In this document: piece after piece, positions 40,601 through 48,202 of the stretch
How the letters are laid out: each line of letters opens with the position of its first letter
Numbering within the stretch: position 1 is the stretch's first letter
Assembly (NCBI GenBank): GCA_041615815.1
Contig: JBFJCP010000009.1
Span: 32,001 to 96,000, forward strand
DNA length: 64,000 bases
Direction of reading: 5' to 3'
Source: Gemmatimonadales bacterium
GTDB taxonomy: Bacteria > Gemmatimonadota > Gemmatimonadetes > Gemmatimonadales > GWC2-71-9
Notes under the pieces: model-generated
Databases searched by the model: none
What the model was told of the DNA's origin: nothing
What the model saw: only the letters and a program-made list of their open reading frames with translations
Translations under genes and position numbers: made by a program

Positions 40601-41193
40601 GGTCGCTGCCGGGCGAACGTGTCCGGTGAAATCAAGCCCATCGCCGAGAGCAGAACGATGAAGATCGGGAGCTGGAACACGAGCCCAAACGCAATCATGA
40701 ACTGGAGTGCGAACCCCAGATACTCGTTGGCCGTGATGATCGATTCGAGATCCGCCCGCTGGAAGCGCAGCAGGAAGCGCAGGGCGGCCGGCAGCACCCA
40801 GAGGTACGCCATCAGCACACCGGAGACGAAGAGCCCGACCCCCGCGATGAGCGTGGGCACGATGTACTTGCGTTCGTGCGCGTACAGCGCCGGCGCGAGG
40901 AAGGCCCAGACCTGCGCAAAGACCACCGGCGCCGCCAGCACGAACCCGATGATCACCGCCAACTTGAGGGTGAGCAGGAACGCTTCGGTGGGCCGGGTGA
41001 TGTAGAGTTTGCCGTCCGGCAAGTACGGAAGGATGGGCTCTTTCAGCAACCCCAGCACGTCGAACTGCTGCACCACGACGAACCCGATGATCGATCCGGC
41101 CACGAGGGCGCCGAGACTCCACAGAATCCGCCACCGCAGCTCTTCCAGGTGGTCGAGGAAGGGCATCTCGCCCTTCGATTTCGTGGCGCTCAT
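37678..41193 (-). CDS. tatC/lptD: TatC-LptD fusion protein (Tat translocase subunit C joined to LPS-assembly outer-membrane protein)
   Basis: aa 1-240 are TatC (MPFLDHLEELR, WAFLAPALY..E, FQLP, ITPPD, LYE). aa 241-268 resemble a signal peptide. The rest is LptD-like (TSCDLPTPHYHF, VPVMWLPF, RRSGFLVP, beta-barrel, RDLHRW). No stop codon lies between the parts. Confidence 0.88.
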   Translation of the reverse strand: MSATKSKGEMPFLDHLEELRWRILWSLGALVAGSIIGFVVVQQFDVLGLLKEPILPYLPDGKLYITRPTEAFLLTLKLAVIIGFVLAAPVVFAQVWAFLAPALYAHERKYIVPTLIAGVGLFVSGVLMAYLWVLPAALRFLLRFQRADLESIITANEYLGFALQFMIAFGLVFQLPIFIVLLSAMGLISPDTFARQRPIALVIGSVLAALITPPDVISMIMMMLPLVVLYEVGILIARIVRRRRKEPKIGAAIVVLALTGLWPSTVLGQDPAQPPPPDSVTRGQLPGDSVPRPLDTAAARRLGLPSEPSRTFPASDSVLQALLQLAGYSGIRYAADSITLFGLSREVVLSGSALVEREQSILEADSVSFLQAECRLLARGEPALFDEGTVLVGAGMQYNTCEYRGIVASALTSFVQSGVTWFLRGGIGVDSASTRIYAGGSSVTSCDLPTPHYHFAAGRVKWVSNTIMVARPAVLYVQDVPVMWLPFIFQDMRQGRRSGFLVPRFGISDLIRPNRGYQRAISNIGYYFAISDYFDVQASFDWFSGNYKAVNGQFRYRWLDRFMTGGVSVSRIFESSVDGAPASNSMRLQWSHQQSFDARTRFTANVDFATSARVVQRNTVDPLVQTANLDSRLNFNKQFAWGTLALGGSRSQDLSNGGVSQTLPSLSLTPRPIAISRAVTWSPSLSLTNSQTLDQTPGVPILRPPIGGIEQADTLFPDTRNTAISFRTPIRVGRWNWQNDLSLRDFKTTRPSQLTLPDPDSPGDSTTFFFSEDFRTEIDWNTGINLPTLFSSTWKIQPSVGIRNTTGGPFLLRNRFSSGAFVSQGKRLSFGAGVTPTVFGFFPGFGPIDRIRHAFSPVISWQWAPSATVPEAYANANDPTGRATTRESPAVHTVSASLFQTFEAKLKPRAGDTTGTQQVRKIKLLTIQTSAIAFDFVQAKQEGRTGWTTQTLTNRFTSDLLPGFTISTVHDLWDGPVGFDTTGFDPFLTSVSARFSLSGRTVAGLLSLITGKDAPPDDGPRQGGIPSPEDFVQPVGSTLGPRPSLDPTLDGLGGGPPARQGFRTAVSYDERRSRPPADGAIVGTSQDSRTLGFNVSFAPTHNWSVSWNTQYNLTTKEFGQHVLRLDRDLHRWRATFSFVKAPNGNVAFNFFITLLDQPEVKFQYDQRSVTR

Positions 41194-41211
41194 CGGGGTG
41201 AGCCCCCCGGG

Positions 41212-42009
41212 TCAGCGACCGGGACTGTTCAGCTTGCTACGAGCGAGCTGCGCCTCGTCGGAGCGGGGATAACCGGAGACGACGCGCAGATAGTAGAGCC
41301 GCGCAGCCTCGAGGTCGCCCTTTCGCTCGGCGATCAGGCCGAGCTTGTAGAGCGCCGCCGGCGCCCGTCGGGAATCCGGGTACTTCTGCTCAACCACGTC
41401 GTACTCCGCCCGGGCCGAGTCGGGGTTACTCTGATCCCAGGATTCGCCCATGAGGTACTGCGCGTCTGCGGCCAGGGGGTGGGTAGGATGATCCTCGAGG
41501 AGCTTCCGGAATCCGGCCCGCGCGGTCTCCGGACTGCCCCGCCGGAGTTGTTGCAGCGAGAGCTCGTACAGTTCCTGCGCCCCCAGGGTGGGACCCACGG
41601 GGGTCGGCTCCTGCCCCCGCCCTTCGGCCGCACCGGAGCGGTCAGCGGGCGCCACCGGTGACCCAACGGAGGCCTGCGCCTGTTGGCGCTCCTGCATCTG
41701 ATTGCGAAGCTCCGAGAGTCGCTGCTGACTCTGTCCGGTGAGTTCCTGAATCTGGAGGAGCTGCCGCTGGACCTCCGTCATGTCCGTGCGCATGTCACCG
41801 TACACCGTCGCGACGCGGCGCTGCTCGATCGCCAAGGAATCCAGCAGCCGCAGGATCTGGTCCAGTTGCATGACCTGGAGCGAGTCGGTCCGGGCCGACT
41901 CCTCCCCCAGGCGCAGCACTTCCCGCTCTACACGACGAACGTCGCCCTTGAGGGCACAGCCACTCAGGGCGACGCTCGCCGCCAGCCAGACGATGGTCCG
42001 GTGCGTCAC
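41212..42009 (-). CDS. cpoB: Tol-Pal system protein CpoB/YbgF (coiled coil + TPR)
   Basis: Lipobox LSG-C, coiled coil, TPRs (AQYLMGES, ALYKLG, YPRSDEA); follows pal. Start at GTG 42009. Confidence 0.88.
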   Translation of the reverse strand: MTHRTIVWLAASVALSGCALKGDVRRVEREVLRLGEESARTDSLQVMQLDQILRLLDSLAIEQRRVATVYGDMRTDMTEVQRQLLQIQELTGQSQQRLSELRNQMQERQQAQASVGSPVAPADRSGAAEGRGQEPTPVGPTLGAQELYELSLQQLRRGSPETARAGFRKLLEDHPTHPLAADAQYLMGESWDQSNPDSARAEYDVVEQKYPDSRRAPAALYKLGLIAERKGDLEAARLYYLRVVSGYPRSDEAQLARSKLNSPGR

Positions 42010-42626
42010 ATTCCGGGTGGCCGGGTCAGCTGGTCGCCGCCGGCAATGATCATGAACTCGTCGCGTCGGTTTCTGGCCCACGCATCTTCGTTACTCCCGG
42101 GATCCACCGGTTGTTCCTCCCCCATGGAACGAACGTTGATCCGACTCGGATTGATCCCCCGGTCCACGAGGAATTGGCGGGCCGAGACGGCCCGGCGTTG
42201 TCCCAGCGCGAGGTTGTACTCGTCCGAGCCGCGCTCGTCGCAATGCCCCACGATCTCGATGCGCAGATTGGGATTGGCCTGGAGAATCCGCAGCTTCTGC
42301 TCGAGGATCCGCGTGTCGTCACCCGGCCGAATATTGGAGCGGTCGAAATCGAAGTGGATCCGCTCGGCAACCATCGCCCGGACCGCCTCGGACGCAGCCC
42401 GCGCCGCCGCAATGGAATCCTCCCGAGCACGGCGACGAGCTTCCTCCGCTCGGGCAATGCTGTCGCGCCGCGCTCGCTCGGCGGCGGCGATGGAGTCCCG
42501 GATGCGCTGCTCCCGGGCAATGGAGTCGGGGTCGGGCCCGACGGCCACTTCGGGCTGCCCACCACCGCATGCGGCGGCAATCAAGATCACGGCAAGCCCC
42601 GCGGAGATTGAAAGGCTCAGTCGCAT
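42006..42626 (-). CDS. pal: Peptidoglycan-associated lipoprotein Pal (OmpA-like domain)
   Basis: Lipobox AAA-C, IHFDFD, GHCDERGSDEYNLALGQRRA, NRR. SD AGGAG precedes ATG 42626. Confidence 0.95.
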   Translation of the reverse strand: MRLSLSISAGLAVILIAAACGGGQPEVAVGPDPDSIAREQRIRDSIAAAERARRDSIARAEEARRRAREDSIAAARAASEAVRAMVAERIHFDFDRSNIRPGDDTRILEQKLRILQANPNLRIEIVGHCDERGSDEYNLALGQRRAVSARQFLVDRGINPSRINVRSMGEEQPVDPGSNEDAWARNRRDEFMIIAGGDQLTRPPGM

Positions 42627-42639
42627 CGTCACTCCTGCC

Positions 42640-44004
42640 TTAAGGGTTCCTTGAATCGGGAATTGGTGGCGACCAGGCCGGGAGGCGCGCCCCGCCGACC
42701 GAGGTCAGTTGTCGAATCCGTCCAGTGTCCGTATCGATGATCCACACCTGGCGCGAACCAGTACGATTGGAGATGAAGGCCAGGTGCCGACCGTCGGGTG
42801 CCCACGTTGGATCTTCATTGCGCCCGGCACTGGTGAGCTGCCGCACGTCCCGAGACCGAGCATCCATGAGAAACACTTGCGGGCTGCCGGCGACATCCCG
42901 GTGGAAGGCCACCTGTGTCCCATCAGGCGACCACTCCGGTGCGTTCGAACTCCCCGTCACCCCATAGTCGAACGGGGCGTACAGCTCCTGCCCGGTTCCG
43001 TCCACGGACATCACGTAGATCTGGGGTAGACCCGCCCGGGTCGACACGAACGCGATTCGTCGGCCATCCGGACTGAACGTCGGGGAAAGGTTATCGGAAA
43101 ACCGCCCCACCGTCAAGCGCTGTAAACAACAGTCCTGCGCGAGGTTATAGGTGTAGATGTCCGTTCCGTCCTCCCCGCTTCGGCTAAAGGCCAGCAACCG
43201 GCCATCGGGAGAGAAGCCGGCGGCGAAGTTTAGGTTACTCTGGCTCGGCGGAACGACCTGCCGTCGGCCGCTCTGCGCATCATACAGCACGAGCTGCCCG
43301 AGACCGCTCTGCAGTTCCGTGAACACGAGCCGACGGCCCGATCGGTCCCACGCCGGCGAGAAGGCGTTAGCGTCGGACGCCGAAATAGGTGTTGCCGCCG
43401 CACCGTCCGCGTCGACCGTGAAGAGCCGCTTCCCCTGTATGAACGCGATCCGTGTCGCCGCAATCCCCGGAATCCCCGTGGCTCCCCGCACCACCGCATC
43501 CGCCGCCCGGTGCACGGCCATCCGGAAACCAGGATCACCCACATCGACCACGGAGACGCGCGTCTCGAGGCGCAGCGTCTCGCCGCGCACGTCGTACAGA
43601 TTGACCCGCAACTCGCTCGAGTCCGGCGCCATGAGGACGCCCACGGAATAGTCCGCTCCCAGGGCGGCGTAGAGCGGGTAATTCACAAAAACCTCGCCCG
43701 GCGACTCCGTGGCCGCGCGCTCCGACATGCTACTCAGCCCGATGATCAAGCCGTCCCCCTCCGGGAGCGTGATCACCTCGAACTGGTCGCTGAAATCCAA
43801 GTCGCGCGTGAGCATCGCGCGCACCGAATCCAGCAGCGCCGTGCGCGGTCCGCCCAGGACGAGCATCCCCGGGCGCATGCCGGGTGTATAGGTAATGCCG
43901 AGCCGGACGCCTCCCTCCACCGGCGGAATCGTGTCCTGGGCTCGCCCGCGCGAGACGGCTCCGACCAGGAGGAGGCCGACCGCCACCACCATCGCGCGAC
44001 TCAT
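42640..44004 (-). CDS. tolB: TolB (PD40 beta-propeller)
   Basis: Signal peptide, TolB_N-like DLDFSDQF, TRIAF, repeated P.[WF]SPDG. Start at ATG 44004. Confidence 0.92.
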   Translation of the reverse strand: MSRAMVVAVGLLLVGAVSRGRAQDTIPPVEGGVRLGITYTPGMRPGMLVLGGPRTALLDSVRAMLTRDLDFSDQFEVITLPEGDGLIIGLSSMSERAATESPGEVFVNYPLYAALGADYSVGVLMAPDSSELRVNLYDVRGETLRLETRVSVVDVGDPGFRMAVHRAADAVVRGATGIPGIAATRIAFIQGKRLFTVDADGAAATPISASDANAFSPAWDRSGRRLVFTELQSGLGQLVLYDAQSGRRQVVPPSQSNLNFAAGFSPDGRLLAFSRSGEDGTDIYTYNLAQDCCLQRLTVGRFSDNLSPTFSPDGRRIAFVSTRAGLPQIYVMSVDGTGQELYAPFDYGVTGSSNAPEWSPDGTQVAFHRDVAGSPQVFLMDARSRDVRQLTSAGRNEDPTWAPDGRHLAFISNRTGSRQVWIIDTDTGRIRQLTSVGGARLPAWSPPIPDSRNP

Positions 44005-44705
44005 CACCGCACCTTGTCCGGATCGAAGAAGAAGCTCACGGGGAGTACGTCGGCGGGGTATCCGGTGGGGAGCGGTCCAAAGGCGCCCGCCGTCCCAGCG
44101 GCTTCGATAGCCCCCTGGGCCTCCAGGTCGAATCCGAAGTTCCCAGACCGACGAACGAAATGCAGGTTGGTGATCGAGCCGTCCCGGTGTACGAAGAACA
44201 TCACCTCCGCCCGAAAACTCTGGGTGCCCGTGGGACGCCGCCAGCGGCGGTAGATCTGCGCGACGATGTTGCGGAGATACTCGGGATAGGGGAACTCGAC
44301 CCCCTCGGTCTTCACGGTCGCCACATCGGTCCCGGTGGACGGCTGCGCACCCGGAGCCAACTCCTCCGTGGGGGTCGTCCGCGGCGCGGGTTCCCGCCTC
44401 GTGTCGGTCTTGGCGGGCGGCGGCGGCGTCTGCGCCACCGACGTCCGTCGCGGCTGCTCCGTTTGGGTGGGTGCGGGCCGCTCGGCGGGACGCTCCACGG
44501 CCTCTGGTGCCCGCCGCTGCTGTGGATCGGGACGCGGCGCGGCAACCAACTCCACGCGGTACACCGGAGGCACCGTTCGCCGCCCGGCCGAGGGAGACCA
44601 CACCGCCACCGCCATGACGATCCCGTGCAGCGTGAGCGTGCCCGCCAGCGCCACCCCACGGCCTCGCGCTTCTCTCCGGCGCTTGACCATCCACGCCACG
44701 CTCAT
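44004..44705 (-). CDS. tolA: TolA/TonB-like energy transducer
   Basis: N-terminal TM helix with His, Pro-rich linker, TonB_C-like domain (SGNFGFD...FGPLP). Confidence 0.8.
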   Translation of the reverse strand: MSVAWMVKRRREARGRGVALAGTLTLHGIVMAVAVWSPSAGRRTVPPVYRVELVAAPRPDPQQRRAPEAVERPAERPAPTQTEQPRRTSVAQTPPPPAKTDTRREPAPRTTPTEELAPGAQPSTGTDVATVKTEGVEFPYPEYLRNIVAQIYRRWRRPTGTQSFRAEVMFFVHRDGSITNLHFVRRSGNFGFDLEAQGAIEAAGTAGAFGPLPTGYPADVLPVSFFFDPDKVR

Positions 44706-45130
44706 CGTCCCACATTCTCCGCCTCGGCCACCAGCCCGACGTCGCCCACACCCGTCGTGCGCATCACCGCCAACACGCGCACCACTTGACCGTAACTGAC
44801 CCGCTGATCGGCCCGGAGGTAGATGCCGCTCGGTTGTCGCGCCGACACGATGGCCGGAAACGTGGCGCGGAAGTCCTCATACGAGAGTGCGGTCTCGTCC
44901 ACGAAGATGCGTCCTTGCCGATCTACCGAGACAACGAGACCCTGCCGCGGCTGCAACGGCCTGGCCTCCGCCCTCGGAAGCTGCACGTCCACACCACCCT
45001 GCATGATGGGTGCGGTGATCATGAAGATGATGAGCAGGACGAACGCCACATCCACGAGCGATGTGACGTTGATGTCCGACACCAATGGCAGCTCGCCATG
45101 ACCCCGCAGACCACCCCGCGCCAAACTCAT
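44702..45130 (-). CDS. tolR: TolR/ExbD
   Basis: INVTSLVDVAFVLLIIFMITAP, LRAD..V.YG. Confidence 0.92.
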   Translation of the reverse strand: MSLARGGLRGHGELPLVSDINVTSLVDVAFVLLIIFMITAPIMQGGVDVQLPRAEARPLQPRQGLVVSVDRQGRIFVDETALSYEDFRATFPAIVSARQPSGIYLRADQRVSYGQVVRVLAVMRTTGVGDVGLVAEAENVGR

Positions 45131-45837
45131 ATCCGCCCCTCTCTGGCCATCGTGCCTACGATCTCATGGGCGAACCCCTCCAGCTCACCGGCGAAAATCC
45201 CGAGGCGGTTGACGAAGAGATTGTACGCGATGATGGCTGGAATGGCGACGGCGAGACCGAGAACCGTCGTGATCAGCGCTTCCGCCACTCCCGGGGCCAC
45301 AGCCGCGATGTTGCCCGATCCCCCGGCCGCGATCCCCAAGAACGCGTCCATGACACCCAGCACGGTTCCGAGTAGCCCGAGCAACGGACTCACCGACCCG
45401 ATGGTAGCCAGCCACGGAATGAACTGCGCCATCAAGTCCCGCTCAGCGCCTATCTCCTTGGCGAGCACCATCTTCAGGGCTTCCAACTGCGTGGGCGAGA
45501 GCACGTTTTGGAGCTCCCGCTCCTCCTGGAGCGCACCGGGACGAAGCTCGGAGAAGAAGTTGACGCCCTCACGTAACAACCGGCTGTAGGGAGACGGCGC
45601 GAGTTTCATGACTACGTGATACGCCTCCTGGAGCCGACTTGTGCCCTTGAGCGACTCGAAAAAGCGGTCGCCTCGCTTGCGGACTCGCCGGAACTGGAGG
45701 GCCTTGAGCAAGATCAGGAACCAACAGATCAGGGAAAACGCGAGGAGCACCCCGATGACCGCCTTCGTCGCCGGGCTCGAGACCTCGATCAGCTCCCAGA
45801 CACTGCTAGGGAGCGCTCCCCCGACCTGGAAGATCAC
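45127..45837 (-). CDS. tolQ: TolQ/ExbB/MotA proton channel protein
   Basis: LATIGSVSPLLGLLGTV, PGVAEALITT, AIPA..AYN. Start at GTG 45837. Confidence 0.93.
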   Translation of the reverse strand: MIFQVGGALPSSVWELIEVSSPATKAVIGVLLAFSLICWFLILLKALQFRRVRKRGDRFFESLKGTSRLQEAYHVVMKLAPSPYSRLLREGVNFFSELRPGALQEERELQNVLSPTQLEALKMVLAKEIGAERDLMAQFIPWLATIGSVSPLLGLLGTVLGVMDAFLGIAAGGSGNIAAVAPGVAEALITTVLGLAVAIPAIIAYNLFVNRLGIFAGELEGFAHEIVGTMAREGRI

Positions 45838-46784
45838 GCCGCCACCTCGATGATCCACTCGTACGTCTGACGCAGGCCGTCGGCGAGGTCGACGTCCGGG
45901 CGCCACTTGAGCAACCGTGCGGCCTTCTCGACGCTGACGGAGCTACGGAGTAGCTCACCCGGCCGGGCCGCTGCATGCTCGATGGGGACCGTGGCCCCGC
46001 TGGCGCTCCGCAGCGTTTCGGCGAGCGTCAGCACGCTCGTCTCGACGCCGGTGCCGACGTTGAAGGCAACGTCATCGATGGTCTCGATCGTCGGGACGGG
46101 CCAATGCGTGGCAGCTACGTTGGCTCGCGCCACGTCCTCGACGAAGACGTAATCCCTGGTCTGGGTCCCATCGCCATAGACGGTGAGGGGACGTCCTTCG
46201 CGAAGCCGGCTCGCAAAGATGGCAACGACGCCCGCTTCCCCATGAGGACTCTGTCGGGGCCCGTACACGTTCGCATATCGCAACGACACGACTTCCATGC
46301 CGTGGAGCTGGGCATAGGCTCCGAGATAGAACTCCGATGTCAACTTGCTGACCCCGTACGGCGAGACGGGGAGCTTGCGCGCCGACTCGCGATGGGGCAG
46401 CTGATCGCTCTCGCCATAGACGACCCCTCCTGAGGACGCAAACACCACGCGTCGAACGCCACCCGCGCGTGCGCCTTCCAGCAGGTTCAACAACCCCATG
46501 ATATTGACGCGCGCATCGAGCTCCGGGTCGCTCACGGAGATCCGCACATCCATCTGGGCCGCATGATGGTTGAGCACCGAGAACCCGCCCGTTTGCAAGA
46601 GCTGCCTCGCGGTGGGCGACCCAATGTCGGCGTGCACGAACGTCGCGCCCGCGGGGACGTTCTCCGATCGCCCCCCGGTCAAATCGTCAATCACTGTCAC
46701 CTCGTATCCGGCGGCCAGGTAGGCGTCCGCAACGTGCGAGCCGATGAAGCCCCCACCACCGGTGACCAATGCTCGCTTGGTCAT
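45834..46784 (-). CDS. NAD-dependent epimerase (UDP-glucose 4-epimerase-like)
   Basis: TGGGGFIG, HAAQMDVR, YGVSK, NVYGPRQ..HGEAGVV. Start at ATG 46784. Confidence 0.9.
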   Translation of the reverse strand: MTKRALVTGGGGFIGSHVADAYLAAGYEVTVIDDLTGGRSENVPAGATFVHADIGSPTARQLLQTGGFSVLNHHAAQMDVRISVSDPELDARVNIMGLLNLLEGARAGGVRRVVFASSGGVVYGESDQLPHRESARKLPVSPYGVSKLTSEFYLGAYAQLHGMEVVSLRYANVYGPRQSPHGEAGVVAIFASRLREGRPLTVYGDGTQTRDYVFVEDVARANVAATHWPVPTIETIDDVAFNVGTGVETSVLTLAETLRSASGATVPIEHAAARPGELLRSSVSVEKAARLLKWRPDVDLADGLRQTYEWIIEVAA

Positions 46785-48055
46785 TCGTTTTCCTTTCCTT
46801 TTTCCAGGCCAGGCGGATCTAGATGAAACAGATATTCCAAGGCTTCCACGAGCTCGCGCGCGCTCCCGTTTCCGGCGGCGGTCCGCAGCCGTCGCGTGGG
46901 CTCGTGCAAGAACTTGTTCAGGAGGGCGCGGGTGAGGTGCTCCACTTGTTGCGCGTCCTCGGGCGCCAGGTGATCGAGCCGCCGCAGAGCATCGCGCACC
47001 TCGGCTGCCCGCACGGCGTCGAGCCGACGACGCAACGACTTGATGGTCTCCACGACCGCCCGTCCTCGATACCACTCCCAGAACACGTCCAGCTCGTGCT
47101 GCACAATTCGCTCGGCCGCCGGCACCTCCAGCTGGCGGGCGTCGACGTTCTGGGCGGCCACCGCCTCGAGATCGTCGATGTCGTACAAATGAACATTGGC
47201 CAGCCGTCCCACTTCCGGCGCGACGTCCCGAGGGACGGCAATGTCCAGGATGCAGAGCGGTCGGTCGCCACGCCTGCTGATTGAGGCCTCGATACGCTCC
47301 GCCGTCACGACGGGTTCGGGCGCCGCACTCGAGCACAGCAATAAATCCACGCCAGCGACGAGGGGCCACGCATCGTCATATCCCACTGCCCGACCGCCGA
47401 ACCGACCGGCGAGCGCCCGTGCCCGCTCCAGATTGCGGTGTGCCACCACGAGCGTTCGCACGCCTTCGCCGGCCAGACAGCCAAGGGCCAATTGCGCCAT
47501 CTCCCCCGCGCCCATCACGAGGGCGGTCCGACCTGCGAGATCCCCGAGGATACGGCGGGCCATTCCCACGCTCGCCGACGGCACCGAGGCGGCGCCGGTG
47601 CTCAGCGCGGTTTCGGACCGCACCCGGCCACCCACCTGCAACGCAAACTGAAACAGCCTCGTGAGCGTCACACCTGCGTGGTGGCGGCTCATCTCCCACG
47701 CAGCGCGCACCTGGCTCTGGATCTCGCATTCGCCGAGGACCATGGAGTCGAGCCCCGAGGTCACGCGGAAGAGATGCGATACGGCTGCGTCGTCGCGGTG
47801 CGTATAGGCGTGGGCATCGAGCGGCTCGCCCAACCGCGCCTCGGCTACCCCCCGCATGATTTCGAGGGCTCGAGCTGAGGCATCGGCGAGATAGAATTCG
47901 ACGCGATTGCAGGTGGACAACAGCACGACACCCGACGCACCGCCGTCGCAAATACGTTTCAGCACAGCCGATTGCTCGCGCTGCGGCCACGTCAGCCGTT
48001 CGCGGACTTCCACGGGCGCGGTGCGGTGATTCACCCCGACGAGCGTGATACTCAT
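46781..48055 (-). CDS. hemA: Glutamyl-tRNA reductase
   Basis: GVNHRTAPVEVRE, STCNR, GLDSMVLGE.EI..Q, GAGEM, DIAVPRD. Start at ATG 48055. Confidence 0.97.
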   Translation of the reverse strand: MSITLVGVNHRTAPVEVRERLTWPQREQSAVLKRICDGGASGVVLLSTCNRVEFYLADASARALEIMRGVAEARLGEPLDAHAYTHRDDAAVSHLFRVTSGLDSMVLGECEIQSQVRAAWEMSRHHAGVTLTRLFQFALQVGGRVRSETALSTGAASVPSASVGMARRILGDLAGRTALVMGAGEMAQLALGCLAGEGVRTLVVAHRNLERARALAGRFGGRAVGYDDAWPLVAGVDLLLCSSAAPEPVVTAERIEASISRRGDRPLCILDIAVPRDVAPEVGRLANVHLYDIDDLEAVAAQNVDARQLEVPAAERIVQHELDVFWEWYRGRAVVETIKSLRRRLDAVRAAEVRDALRRLDHLAPEDAQQVEHLTRALLNKFLHEPTRRLRTAAGNGSARELVEALEYLFHLDPPGLEKGKENE

Positions 48056-48097
48056 GTTGACGAGTTTACCGATGTGCGACCGCACGTACCTAGAGCA

Positions 48098-48159
48098 GGC
48101 CTCTGGGGCTCCGCTGAGGAGCGCCAGAGGCCGAGTTCGTCCCGCCACGTGGGCGGGAC
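48098..48159. other. Two tandem GC-rich hairpins in the lysM-hemA intergenic region
   Basis: GGCCTCTGG(48098)...CCAGAGGCC(48132) and GTCCCGCC(48139)-ACGTG-GGCGGGAC(48159). Confidence 0.55.
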
Positions 48160-48202
48160 CTGAGCCTGACGCGCGTCTGGCAGTGCCGACTGGTCGCCGT
48201 CC

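Noticed and set aside
42640..44751. Apparent N-terminal extensions of tolB (703 aa), hutU (660 aa), the epimerase (511 aa), the peptidase, nadD and rimI
   Set aside because: The extensions are alternative frames of the upstream genes; the real starts sit at stop/start overlaps. These are not fusions.
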